A stretch of DNA of 51,448 nucleotides, taken from contig NW_024705367.1 of the NCBI RefSeq assembly GCF_018977255.1, positions 1 through 51,448 on the forward strand, read 5' to 3'. Made by a program: the position numbers and the translations under genes. Numbering within the stretch: the stretch's first letter is position 1; each line of letters opens with the position of its first letter. Source of the DNA: Callorhinchus milii. Lineage: Eukaryota. Below are positions 1 to 12,142 of this stretch, in pieces. The notes beneath the pieces were generated by a model. That model was not told where the DNA came from. It saw only the letters and a program-made list of their open reading frames with translations, and ran no database searches.

Positions 1-94
1 TGGGGTATTCCTGGGGTGTGTGGAATATTAATGGAGCTTGTGGTGGTGGGGTGGGGGTTATATTATTGGGTTGCGTGGCGTATGAGTGTGGTAA

Positions 95-220
95 TATGAG
101 CGAGCTCTTGCTTGCTGCGTGATTGCTCTCGCCACGGCCTTATACCCTGCAAAGCGCTGTGAGACGTCTCCGTGAAGCGATAAGGCGATCATTCGAATAA
201 AACAACCATCATTATTATCG
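95..220 (+). mobile_element. Degenerate L2/L2-SINE 3' tail (also ~28395-28515)
   Basis: aaagcgctgtgagacgtctcc...gataaggcg...aataaaac...attattat resembles the L2-type terminus of the SINEs in this window. Confidence 0.5.
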
Positions 221-284
221 TGGAAATGAGCCAAATTCGGGGCCAAGTGTGGTTTGCAGATTTACAAAGCTGTAAATCTTTAAC

Positions 285-2462
285 TCCCACACACACTCAC
301 GTACACTCTCCCCCTCACACCCACTCTCTCACACTCAGTCGCTGATACTCATACACACTCTCTCACTCACAGACAATCTCTCACACTACCTCTCTGATAC
401 TCATACACTCTCACACATACACACTCTCCCACTCACACCCACTCTCTCACACACATTCTCTGATACTCATACACTCTCTCTCACACTCACACACACTCTC
501 TGATACTAAAACATACAATCTCTCACTCACACCAACTCTGTCACACTCACTCTCTGATACCCATCTCTCTGATGCTAAAACATACACTCTCCCACTCACA
601 CCCACTCTCACATTCACCCTATGATACTCATACACTCTCTCACACTCACACACAGTCTGATTCTAAAACACACAATCTCACTCACACACTCACTGATATC
701 CACACACTCTCACACACTCTGATATTCACACGCACACTCTCGCAAACTCTCACATGTACACAAACTCTCACACTCACAAACTCTCCCTCACACTCTCTCA
801 CACTCTCTGATATTCACACACACTCACACTCTCTGATATTCAAAAACACACTCTCGCTCATACACAATCTCTCACACTTACTGATATTCACACACATTCA
901 CTCACACTTGCACACACTCTCCCACACTCAAACTCTCTGATACTCGCAAATACTCTCTCACACTCTCTGATACTCAAACACACACTCTCTCACTCTCACT
1001 GATATTCACACACATTCTCTCACACTTGCACACACTCTCCCACACTCACACTCTCTGATACTCAATCGCACTCTCTCACAAACACTCACACGCACACACA
1101 CTCTCACACACTCACAAACCCACTCTCACACTTACAAACACTCTCTCACATTGCACTCTCTGATACTCACACACTCTCTCATACTCTCACACAAACTATA
1201 ACACGCACACACCCACACACCCTCTCCCACAATGACACACACTCGCTCACACTCACTGATACTCACACATACTCTCTCACACTCGCTCAGCATCAATATC
1301 TCTTGACACCCACACAAACTCTCACACGCAAACACTCTCACACACTCACCAACCCTCTCTCACACTAACACACACTCTCTCACACTCAAACTCTCTGATA
1401 CTCACGCATACTCTCTCGCACTCTCTGACACTGAAACACACACTCACCTACACACATTCTCTCACACAAACTGATATTCACACACATTCTCTCACACTTA
1501 CACAGACTCTGATACTTACACGCTCTCTCTCACAAACTCTCACACGCGGACACACTCCCACACACTCACAAACCCTCTCTCACACTGACACACACTCTCT
1601 CACACTCACACGCTCTGATATTCAAACACACACTCTCACTCACACACACTCACTGATATTCACACACATTCTCTCACACTTACACACACTCTCCCACACT
1701 CACATTCTGTGATACTCACACACACTCTCTTACAAACTCTCACACGCACACACTCATAAATTCTCTCACACTGACACCCTCTCCCACATTCACACTCTCT
1801 GATACACACACACACACTCACAAACTCTCACACGCACAGACACTCACAAACCCTCTCTCACACTGACACACACACTCTCACTCAAAGTCTCTGATACGCA
1901 CACATATTCTCTGATAATCAAACACACACTCTCAGTCACACACAATCTCTCACGCTCTCTGATATTCACACACATTCTCTCACACACATACTCACACGCT
2001 CTGATACTCACACCTACACTCTCATACTCTCACACGAACTCTCACACGTACGCACACTCTCACACACTCTCATACCCTCTCTCGCACTGACACACACACT
2101 CACGCACTCAAACTCTCTTTCACACTCACTGATACTCACACACACTCTCAAATTTTCACACACACTCGCAAACTCACACGTACTCTCACACACCCTCTCA
2201 CACACTCACACACAATCCCTCACACTCACACTCACAATCTCTGATGCTCACACACTCTCACCCACTCACACCCAATCTCTCACACTCACATTCACTGATA
2301 CTAACACCCACACTCTTACACATTCTCTCGCACTCTCACATTCTCTCATACTCACACACACTCTCTCATTGAAACTCTCTCTAACACACACTCTCACTCA
2401 CATACAAATACTCTTTCTCGTACACACTTCATCTCTCACAGACTCTCTATTTCTCACACTCT
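285..2462 (+). repeat. Degenerate CA/CT-rich minisatellite with recurring ctctgatactcacacaca motif (copy A)
   Basis: Dozens of CTGATA motifs embedded in CA/CT tracts. Confidence 0.95.
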
Positions 2463-2486
2463 CGCCGCTTATTCTCTCCCACTGAC

Positions 2487-2590
2487 CTGACCCTCTGTCA
2501 GCCCCAATCGTCCAGCAGCTCAGGTCGCTCTCTGTCCGGTCGATCCTCGGCCATGTTTGATCTTCTCCTCCTTCAATCCTGACGTTGTCT
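2487..2590 (-). other. Candidate divergent first exon with 18-codon ORF (MAEDRPDRERPELLDDWG*); also at ~23641-23744 (+) and 30479-~30582 (-)
   Basis: caaacATGGCC at 2554, TGA at 2500-2498, donor CAG|gtcagt after 2487; abuts the promoter-like repeat; 5' end approximate. Confidence 0.4.
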
Positions 2591-3310
2591 CCGCCCACTC
2601 TCTCCCCGTTGGTCCGTTACGAACACTCGCCCCCTCTGCCTGAACTTCCCATTCGTCTGTCCAGTTGTCAAGCAGATGCCGCGCTCTGATAGGTCTGTGC
2701 CTACGTCAATCATCTCTAAACCGCTCCACCTTCCGCTCCCTGGTTAACCGTCACTAGGACACCGCCCACCCGCTCCCCATTGGCCCATTCAAACAGCCGC
2801 CCCCTCAGCCAGAGCTTCCCAATGGTCTGTTCACACGTGAACCGATAGTCGCGCTCTGATAGGTCCAAATCCACGTTATATAATTTGCGCTCCATCCTGC
2901 CCCGCGATATCACCAGATGCCACTAGTTCGCCGCCCACTCGCTTCCCATTGGTCCATTCAAACACCCGCCCATCATGCCGTAGCTTACCATTGGTCAGTT
3001 GCGTTTTCAATCAGACTACGTACTCTGTTAGGTCTGTCAACACGTCAATCATCTCCCGTCCTTTTTGCCTTGCGCACTCTCCCTGACCGTCACACTCTCC
3101 CCGCCCTCTCCCTTTCCATGGCCCACTCAAACACCTGCCCCTTCTGCCGGAGCTGAACATTGGTCAGTTGCATTTTCAAGCAGATTAGGTCCTCGGTGAG
3201 ATCTGTCAACACGTCAATCATCTCCCGTTCCTTTGTGCCTTGCGCACTCTCTCTCTGACCGTCACTCTCTCCCCGCCCACTCGCTGACTATTTGCTCCTT
3301 CCAATATTGC
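2580..3310. promoter_or_regulatory. CpG-rich tandem ~170-bp promoter-like repeat, copy A (4 units + partial)
   Basis: CCGCCC at 2591, 2762, 2931, 3101, 3273; units carry ATTGG, TTCAAA/CTCAAA, TGATAG and ACGTCAATCA motifs to varying degrees. Confidence 0.65.
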
Positions 3311-3376
3311 CCAGCTACTTATTGGTCTACCCAGCTATCAATCTGCTGCCCTCCCTGTCCTGCCTTTTCTTCTCTT

Positions 3377-3702
3377 ATAATAATAATAATAATCTCTGCA
3401 ATAGATATAGCGCTTTTCACGTCGGGAGGACGTCCCAAAGCGCTTCGCAGAACACACCGTAAAATGATTTGACTGTATATTTGTGGGCGAACGCGGCAGC
3501 GATTGGCGCACAGCAATGTCCCACAAACAGTCGTGGGTTGAAAATGACCAATTTATTATTGTTTTTGGTTTTGGAGGGATTATTATTAGGCGCTGTGTGG
3601 AGTAAGGAAACTTGCCCAAGGTTTCGCCCTGACCTTCCGGGGATTGAAACCGGGTCATTCGCTTGCAAAGCGAGTAATCTAACCACGTGCTGTAGGACGC
3701 CA
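3377..3702 (-). mobile_element. Full-length tRNA-derived SINE with L2-type tail, specific to copy A
   Basis: tRNA-like head near 3700, body ...tgtgggacattgctgtgcg...aagcgctttgggacgtcc..., (TAT)n tail; ctctt duplicated at 3372-3376 and 3703-3707; empty site in B and C. Confidence 0.9.
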
Positions 3703-4124
3703 CTCTTTTCCACCAGCCTGTGTTGACCAGCTGTCGTTGGGAACCCGACTGGAATTCCATTGGCAGTGGCTTTTCCGGGGGTTGTAATACCCCTCAATTG
3801 TTGGTAAAAATCATAAAATTCGGTCGATTCAACTCACATATATATTTCATAAAATGGCACTGCGCTTTGCGGCTTATCCCGCGAAGCGCTTTCAGACGTC
3901 TAGATGAGGTGGTCGGGTGGTGTACCATTGCAATGATTATTATTATTATGCTTATAATCATTTCCTTCGTTGGGAGTTCTAGCTTGGAAGGCGCTATACA
4001 AACACTGTCAGTGGGAATAAAGAAACTTTATCTCATGCATCAGCTCCGCAGCGTTGTTTACCTTCATGATTTGATCCTAACAGACAAATCTTGACATGTG
4101 TTCACTGAAACCTACAAAAAGACA

Positions 4125-4680
4125 GACATCCAATGACACCACTCGCCCCCCACCCCCACCCCCACCCCCCACACTCACACACACACTCAGACCCACAAAG
4201 AGACACATACATGGACATACGGACACACACACATACACAGAAAAACACAGTCACACATAAACACGGACACACACACGCAGTCACACACACACACACACAC
4301 ACACACACCGACACACAGTCAGACACCTACACACACGCACACAGACACAAACACACACTGACACACACACACCATACATACACAGACACACTCACAGAGA
4401 CACACACGCAGACACAAACACACAGATACACGCAAATACACACAGAGAAACACACAGGCACACACACACATAGACAATCACTGACACACAGACGCACGCA
4501 CATTCTCAGACATACACACACACACATAAACACATACAGACGCGCGCGCACACACACACACACAGACACACACAGGGACACGTCCACACACACACACAAA
4601 AGCACACAGGGATCGTTTCTGAGAGAGAATCTGAGTGTGTGAGAGAGAGCGAAAGAGAGAGAGACAGAGACACAGGTTCA
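4125..4680 (+). repeat. (CA)n/(CACAGA) microsatellite tract (also ~22100-22625 and ~31590-32110)
   Basis: Direct inspection; source of the poly-CV/HT ORFs. Confidence 0.95.
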
Positions 4681-4963
4681 CAGACAGGCCTTGTGCGGAG
4701 AGGCAGGAGGAGAACTGCGTGAGCAGAACATAATTTTGTAACCAGTAAAATTTCCACCAGTCCGAGGAGGAGGATAATAACACTTGCCTTTCGCACAGAG
4801 CTTTCGTGTCGCGAGGATGCCACAAGTTATGTCACACGATGTGCTGTAAAGCGGAGCGACTGTATTTTGTGATTGAATATGGAAGCCTAGTTTGGCATCG
4901 TAACGTGCACAAACAGTCAATGAGAGAATGAACAATTTTATTTGGAATTGTTGGCCAGGATAA

Positions 4964-5102
4964 TAATAATAATAATAATCCTCGCATTTGATATAGCGCT
5001 TTTCACGTCGGGAGGACGTCCCAAAGCGCTTCACAGAATATACTGTAAAGTGAGTTGACTGTATATTTGTGGGAGAACGCGGCAGCCAATTGCGCACAGC
5101 AA
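4964..5102 (-). mobile_element. 5'-truncated SINE, specific to copy A
   Basis: 3' half of the same SINE; target-site duplication aggataa at 4957-4963 and 5103-5109; empty site ggccaggataaaacac in C (~32392) and B. Confidence 0.9.
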
Positions 5103-5931
5103 AGGATAAAACACAAGGCAGGCAACTCCGGTAATTCATCCAGTGACCTCCATATTTTCCTTGTCTTTAGAGCAGGAAGAGGCAATCATACCCCTCAACC
5201 AACCAGCAGCGCTCTCTGGTTTCGACTAAACATTCCGAATCAAATAAAAAATGTGACCATATTTTCCCATCCCTTACATTTCCATTATGAGATTTTCAAA
5301 ATGCATCTGTTCCAAGGCCTTGCGGGTATGGGTGCAGTTGTTTCTTTCTGAAGCTTACAACTTTCTGTGATCTTGTACAGTGTCAAAATCTGTCAACACA
5401 TTGCTAACAGAACAGACGCCAGGCTGCTCCTTCCCGATCTAACCATGGGTCTCCAATCTGGGAAAGCGAGCTGCAGTGACGGCCCAAAGGACAATTTTAA
5501 CATTGACTGAAATCAATGAGATTCCTGAGACCTTCTGGTTCTCACTTGTGGAGATGCAGCGCAATTAACATTTAGACATTTCCACAGTGGAGATCGTTTC
5601 TCAGAGAACGTCCTGATGAGGTTTAAAATATTAATCCTCCTTGACTGAATGGGAATCATCTTACCATCAGATTTCACATGAACTGTAATAATTTGCACAA
5701 ATAATATCTGCCAGTTTGCTCTCTTGCAAGTTCACAGCTGAGTTACAGCTTTAGATACAGAAATATCTACTCTCCATGTTGTCAGTCGAGGTGCTGCAGG
5801 CTCGAGACTGGCTTCCCTATCTGATTGTAATGTTCTCAAAAGCCGACAAGACAGCAGGGCTGGGGAGCTCTCAAGTTAATTCTCCATTTCTCAAAGCAAC
5901 ACAAAGGCCTGGACAGATAAAGCAAAAAAGT

Positions 5932-6690
5932 AGAGTCATGTAGCTCAGTGGTTGGAGTACTCGCTTTGCAAGCGAGACACCCCAGTTTAAATGAGGTTGG
6001 GGAGGGGGCTGTGCCTGGGACAGTCTGTGCCTGGGTGAAGCTGGGTGTGCGGGGGGGGGGCTGCGCCCTGGGTGTGTTATATCTGTGGTGGCTGTGCCTG
6101 GAGTTTGTGGCCTATGCCCCATGGGGGGCTGCTGTACAGTGTTGGGCGAGGTAGTCTGTGACCTGGGCGAGGGTTTGTGGCTGCGTGAGGGGTCTGTGCC
6201 TGGAGTTGTCTGTGCTTTAGTTCGGTTGTACCCTGGGGAGGAGGGGGCAGGGCACTGGGGAATGGGGCTGTGGCCTATATTGAGCTGTGCCTTGCTGGGG
6301 GGGGGGGGTGTGGGTCAGGGATGCGTGTGCATGTCTTTGCCCTTTTTTGTGCCTTGGGGTGTGCGGAGGCTGTGTCTGGGGTGATCTGTGCCTTTGTAGG
6401 GCTGTGCCTTGGAGCGGTTGATATGTGATGGGATCGGGCGAGGTGTGAGGGGGCGGGTGGAGGGGTGTGTGTGGACTGGAGGAGGTGCTGTGCCTTCTGG
6501 GTGGGGGCTGTGCTCTGCGGGAGGGTGTGGCACACTCCCTTACCCCAAAACCAAAAACAATAAAAAATTGGTCATTTTCAATCCACGACTGTTTGTGGGA
6601 CATTGCTGTGGGCAATTGGCTGCCGTGTTCGGCCACAAATATACAGTCAATTCACTTTACAGTGTGTTCTGTGAAGCGCTTTGGGACGTC
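5932..6690 (+). mobile_element. SINE split by a G-rich CTGTGCC repeat; 3' end deleted (copy A)
   Basis: Head tagctcagtggttggagtactcgctttgcaagcgaga (tRNA-Ala TGC-like) to ~5992, repeat insert ~5993-6530, SINE body ~6535-6690. Confidence 0.85.
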
Positions 6691-7522
6691 TATTCTAATT
6701 TATCCTGCTGCCTCTCAATTGTTGTTTTGTGTCTTTGAAAACTACCACAAAAGTGCAGCTGCAAATTGTTTTTCACGTCAGGAGGACGTCCCCGAACTAA
6801 TGAAAGGAAGCAATGGAGGAAGTAACTACGGAGAGATAAAGTGTAAGTAACTGAAAAGAGGAAGGAGGAGATCAGATGGTGAAGCCGAACTGAGATCGGA
6901 AATCTCCACTCTATATTTTCTTACAAATGACTCCTCGTATTGCTCCATCCAAATATTTCATAGAGTTTCACAGGAATAAATGTAGAATGCAGTGACAATA
7001 TGTTTGTGGACGGATACAAACACACAGAATTTGATGACAGCAATGTCCCAAGAACAGGCGTAAAATTAATGATTAATATTAATCTGAGGAATGGTACAAT
7101 GTGACACCAGTTGGAGCTCACTTCTCCTTTGCACAATATTTGTCACGCTGTGTGCCCACGGCAGCCCACATCTTCCTGTCAGGGCTCTCCTCGTCGCAGA
7201 AACAATAAACTACTGTGGTGTGTGTATGATAGAGAGCGAGAAAGAGAGAGAGAGAAAGAGAGAAAGAAAGTCTGAATTTCTGCTTCCTAGCTAAGAACAT
7301 CACTCAGTATCGATCGCTGGTGTTCGTCTGTGTGTGTGTGAGTGTGTTTGTGTGTGTTTCACACTCAGGCTGTGTGTGTGTTTGTGTGTGTTTCACACTC
7401 AGGCTGTGTGTGTGTAACAGAAACTTGAATGATTTGGGATCACAGAGCTCAGTGAACGTGAAAAAAGCTGCTTCTCAGCTTCCAGGTTCGTCTCTTGGCC
7501 CGAGCTCCTCCTCATCCCCGTC

Positions 7523-7547
7523 ATGGAGACGTTGTTCCTCATCTTTG
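7523..7547 (+). CDS. SRCR gene copy A, coding exon 1 (METLFLIF + phase 1), start of putative signal peptide
   Basis: Kozak-like ccccgtcATGG, hydrophobic codons, consensus donor G|gtgagt at 7548; identical in copies B and C. Confidence 0.75.
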
Positions 7548-7644
7548 GTGAGTGTCGGTTCTAACTCAATCTCAAGCCCAGTCAGAGAGACGGAAAGGAG
7601 AGGAGTGAGAGGCGATTTGCTTGATCCTTCCTACTCCAAATCCA

Positions 7645-8800
7645 TACCATGACCCATTCTGCTTTACCCCATCTACGCAGCATCGCTCGTCTGCATCACA
7701 GTCTCACACGGCAGGCCGCCAGCACCCTCGTACATCGAGGCGTGACGACGGAAACTCCCTGATTGTCGGCCTCCAAAATCCTCCATCCAAAGGCTGCAGA
7801 TCCTCCTGATCTCTGCAGTTCGTGTCCTCTCCTACATCAAGCTCCGTGACCCTATCACCCCCATCCTCACCGACTCCATTGGATACAGTTCAAGATACTG
7901 GTCTTCCGGTCTTCCACCAATATCTCTACCCTAAAGCCGCTGAAACCCTATTCCATGCCTTTGTCAACACTCGGCTGGACTACTCTGACGCCCTCCCCGG
8001 CGGTCTCCCATCCACTACCATCCATAAAATCCATATCATTCAAAAGTCTGCCCCCCGCATTCTCAACCGAACCAAACTCCGCTCCCCGATCACCCCAGTC
8101 CTGGCCAGACAGCATTGGCTCCCTATCCCAGGGAGGATCGAGTTGAAGATCCTCACCCTTGTTTTAAAGTCCCTGCACTCCTCTGCACTCCACGACCTCT
8201 CTGACCTCCTCTCTCTTCAAAACAGTAATCGTTGCCGTCGTTGTTCCGGGTCTGACCTCTTCCTCGTCCCCCGAGTCCTCTTCACTCTCGGTGGCAGTGC
8301 CTTGAGCCACTATGCGCCGAGGCTCCGGAACTGCCTTCCTCACTCCCTTAGGCTCGCACCCTCCCTTACATTTCTCAGGTCTCTGCTGAAGACCTTTTTT
8401 TTCGATCTTTGGACACATTCCCTCCCCTCCCCCTGGCGCGACCCGGTATCCGTTACTGTAAAGCGTTCTGAGACGCCATTGGGTGTGTAGGGCTCTATAT
8501 AAATCCAAGCTTTTGTTGCTTTGTTTGTTATTGCTGTTGCCTTCACCTTCAAAATCCTCCATAACGTCGCTGACCCGTACATCTGCAAACTTCTGAGCTT
8601 CTACAAGCCTGTCCGCTCCTTTCGCTCAGCGAGCTACGGCCTGCTCCACCACCATCGACCTTTGGCATTTAGGCCTTCAGCCGCTTTACCGCCACCCTTT
8701 GGAATTCCATCCTACAGCAGCACCCACCACAACCAACCCCCGCCTCGTGCTTGCTTACCTCCTTCAAGACCCTTTTCAAAACCTCCACTTTAATCGAGAT
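7645..8800 (+). mobile_element. Older degenerate L2 3' fragment interrupted by the inner L2, copy A
   Basis: 7645-7882 ends ...atcacccccatcctcaccgactccattgg (ITPIL..LHW-like); resumes ~8540 with ttcaccttcaaaatcctccat...ctttggaattcc...ttcaagacccttttcaaaac. Confidence 0.65.
7885..8538 (+). mobile_element. L2-clade LINE 3' end (ORF2 C-terminus + tail), inner element, copy A
   Basis: AETLFHAFVNTRLDYSDAL...IQ.SA.RIL...ITPVLARQHWLPI..RIELKIL is the typical L2 ORF2 C-terminal region; tail gtaaagcgttctgagacg...ctatataaatccaag + (TTG)-like repeat. Confidence 0.88.
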
Positions 8801-8934
8801 TTCGATTTCCCTCCTTCCACTGCACTCCAGTCTCCTTGATACTGATCCCAAATTCTGTCTATGCAGCGAATAGTTAAGTACATCCGACATGCAATGCTAC
8901 ATACATATGTATTGCTTTTTTGTTGATTGAGCAG

Positions 8935-9565
8935 TGGAATGAAGAAAGAGGATTGAAAGGGAAGCAAGGGTAGAGAGGCGAGCGATAGAAGAGGAGGGAC
9001 CAGGGAAGGATAGAGGCGAGAGTGAGAGCACATAGAGAGAGAGGGAGTGTGCAGAAGAGTGTGAGTAAGGGCAGATAGGAGTGAGATGATTAACGGGGGA
9101 ATTGAGAGAGGAGGGAGTGCGGGAGCGAAAGAGCGAGGTGAAAGACAGCGGGAAGAGCGAAGGTGGAGAGGATGAGTGGCAGAGTGCTTGTACTGGGTAA
9201 AGTGTAGGTGAGTGAGAGGAGGAAATTGAGTCTTAGTGCGATTGGGTGCAGCGAAGGGAGCGAGAGGTGGAAAGCATATGAGTGGGAAAGGTTGAGGTCA
9301 GAGTGAGGTGGAGTGGGGGAGGAAGAAAAATATGGAGTGGTGGAATGAGGGCTAGCAGGAAGGGGAGCAGGAGGGAGAGAGGGAGGGCAACATGAGAGGG
9401 AGAGAGAGAGAGAGAGGTGCAGGGAGTCGGAAAGGGAGGGAAAGAGGCAGAGTTTGGGGAGGGGAGACGGAGTGGGAGGGTTAGAGTAAAGGGAGGCGGA
9501 GAGGCAGTGACGATTCAGTGAGATAGGGAATAAGGGACGGAGGGAGAGAAGGAGGGAGGGAATGA
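8935..9565 (+). repeat. GA-rich polypurine tract in intron 1 (also ~17400-18010 and ~36640-37270)
   Basis: Strong purine skew (gagagg/ggaggg). Confidence 0.85.
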
Positions 9566-10227
9566 GAAATTCCTGATGTTGCCACCGGTACAGAGAAGTT
9601 TGAATGGGTATCGAGGTCTTTGCAACAATAAATTTCTCTTCGTCGCCTCCTCGCATGAAGCTGTATGCCTACATAAATGCAAGTTGTCCAAATGCACATT
9701 GTTGTTGATGGGGAACGGCAGAGGAGAAACCAGGGAAAAAATCAAAGGGTGAGCAAACTCCTTACCGAAAGGGAAACACAGTGTGCTCTAACTATTAACG
9801 GGATTTGAGATGAATTCCTCTGTTTCCGTACTGTCACCAAAAGCCATCTTCTCCACGGCTCGAAACTGAAACACAACCGATTTTTGCACAGCAAATGACG
9901 TTCAGCCAAATGCTGTGTTTCTTAGTCTATGACAGAATTCTTGGTTCAGTCCGATTGACTCCGCATCCCATCGTATTTGTGCTGGTGCTCGCTCACCCAC
10001 TCGAGCTCTCTATTCTAACCCCATTCCATGCATTCTTTACCTCCGTGTCGTGTCTATACTGGTCGTCCTTCCCCCATTGGAAGCTTTTTCGGCGATGGCA
10101 TTAAATTGCTGCCCTGTAGATGAGGACCGACCGTTTACGATGTGAGAAACTGGGAAGATCAGATCCATGATTGTGAGAATTATTGCATTGATAACTCCTG
10201 ACTTGATCTATTTTTTTCCTTCTGCAG

Positions 10228-10263
10228 TGATATTTCTGGAGAGAAAGATGTTGGAATCTGCAG
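10228..10263 (+). CDS. SRCR gene copy A, exon 2 (36 nt, (V)IFLERKMLESA), end of putative leader
   Basis: Strong acceptor tttttttccttctgcag|, donor CAG|gttagt; phase 1-1 joins exon 1 to the SRCR exon in frame. Confidence 0.75.
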
Positions 10264-10479
10264 GTTAGTAACACAATGTCACAGCCAGAAGCTGCTGAGG
10301 TAACATTAGTGGCTGAGATTGAGACTGGGCTTCTCTTCACTTCCATCTGGGGATGAGGAGTAGAAACCATCACACAATCCGGGGGAAACGCAGTGGGTCA
10401 CTTGGTGGGCTTGTGTGTAGAGGCCACAAGGATGCCCGAATATTACTAATTAATGCAGCTCTACCTTGAGTGGTTCATT

Positions 10480-11380
10480 TCTTTGGTCGTGGGCTGTGAC
10501 CTGGGAGAGAGGCCGTGCATTGGGGGGAGAGAATGTTCCCGGGGTTAATGGGCTTGCCCTCGCGGAAGCAGGTGTGCCTCAAGGGCTTGTGCAAGGGAAA
10601 GTGGCAGTAACCGGAACGGGTGGTTGGGGGGCGTCCTGTAGTGCCCTGGAGTGTTTCTGCCCCTGGGAGATGCTGTACCTGTCGAATGGCTGTGCCTTGG
10701 TGGAGCTGGGCCTGGTTGGAGGTACACTGTCGGCGGTGGGTTTTGATCACTGGGTGTGATGTGTCTGGGGGAGGCTGTGCTTGGTGTTGTGCATTCGACT
10801 GATGTGTCCCGGGGTTAGAGATTGTGCCGCCGGATTGCTGGGCGTGTTGCCTGAGCACTGGCTGAAGGAACTGTGCCTTGGAATGATTTAAATTGAGGAG
10901 GGTCTTTGCCCTGAGGAGGCGCTGTACAATTTATTTGGGCTGTGCCCTTGCGTGGTTCTTTGGCCTAGGGCGGGGTCTGTGCCTGGGGTTGTGTGTTCCT
11001 GGATAAGGATGTCCCTGGGTGCTGTGCCCTGTGGACGATGTGGCTGGGCAATAGGTAAATAGCCGTGCCTGTGGTGCTGTTCTGAGGCACAGACCCTCCT
11101 AGACACTGCCCGTCCCCAAGCGGTTGCATGCGGGAGGGGCTGTGCCCTGTGGTGCGCTGTGCCTGGGTTGTGGGGTGAGGTAGTTTGTAACTTGTGGTGC
11201 TGTACTTTAGGGTCTATGGCTTGTGCCTCGCTGCGATGGGCTCTGCACTGAGGGTTAGTTTGTGCCTGGGGTAGGGGTTTGTACCCTGGGTCGGCGGGGA
11301 GACTGTGCCCTGGGGTTGGGACTGCTCTCGATTTCAGTTTGGTGGTGGGTGCTGTGGTCCTCTTGATCCTGTGGTCCTCT
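10480..11380 (+). repeat. G-rich degenerate repeat with GCTGTGCC motif in intron 2 (also ~15240-16125, ~38190-39065, ~51290-51448)
   Basis: ctgtgcc(c/t) recurs at irregular short intervals; same motif as the insert inside the SINE at 5993-6530. Confidence 0.85.
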
Positions 11381-12049
11381 TGTATGATATGCCGATATTT
11401 TATACCTCAACCAAACCCCACACACCCCGGAGTGATTATGCCTGAGCTGGTAGAGCTGTGAGGCTGCAGCTCATATCATGTTGCACTGTTCAGTTTCTAT
11501 CTCTCTGTGTTTGCATATGAATTATGTAAGTTGTTTTGTCACACACCCGATCTATAAATGCACTAATAAAACGACAATATCTACCTCTGTGCGTGCATCT
11601 GTGTATCTGCCAATAGCGCATTAACCGATTTAATAAGAGAACTGATTTACAACTCAAAGAAAATGTCTTGCATGGGCGAATGGCACAGGGACACTTTTGG
11701 GGATTTCCTACCATCGATCGATCAAATAGACAATTAATTCAGTCCCAAATTATGAGGTTTGCACGATATTCCGCAACAAAATTACTCTGTTCTCGTGAGA
11801 CACATATGTTGTAATTTATACGATACACATGTAGTAATATACTCTGTAACAAATTTTGGGTGGAATCTGGGCATAATTTTTGGGGAATCTCCAATTGTTG
11901 TATTTTGTATAATAATCTTATATAATTTGTATTTTTTATGTATTATTTAACGTTAAGTATAACAAAATAGTTTAACATATAACAATCTACTGTGATCTTA
12001 AATAAATTACAATAAGATTATCCTTGAATTTAATATGGCGCCAAAACAT

Positions 12050-12142
12050 CTCGTTGCGCATCACAGAACCAACTGCGTTATGAAACGTCTATATATTTTG
12101 TGGGCGAATCGCGGCAGAGAATCGCGCACAACGGTGTCCATC
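12050..12142 (-). mobile_element. Old degenerate SINE body fragment (also ~39735-39825 and ~50537-50628)
   Basis: tcacagaac...tatattttgtgggcgaatcgcggcagagaatcgcgcacaac resembles the SINE core on the minus strand. Confidence 0.6.

Noticed and set aside
5932..5992. tRNA-Ala gene (also ~16210, ~20940, ~33225, ~42690)
   Set aside because: SINE heads; acceptor stem incomplete and followed by SINE body
7071..7084. 14-bp palindrome GATTAATATTAATC
   Set aside because: Short and AT-rich; presence in all copies is explained by the duplication
7822..8490. 222-aa ORF as a host gene
   Set aside because: C-terminal remnant of L2 ORF2 without the RT core
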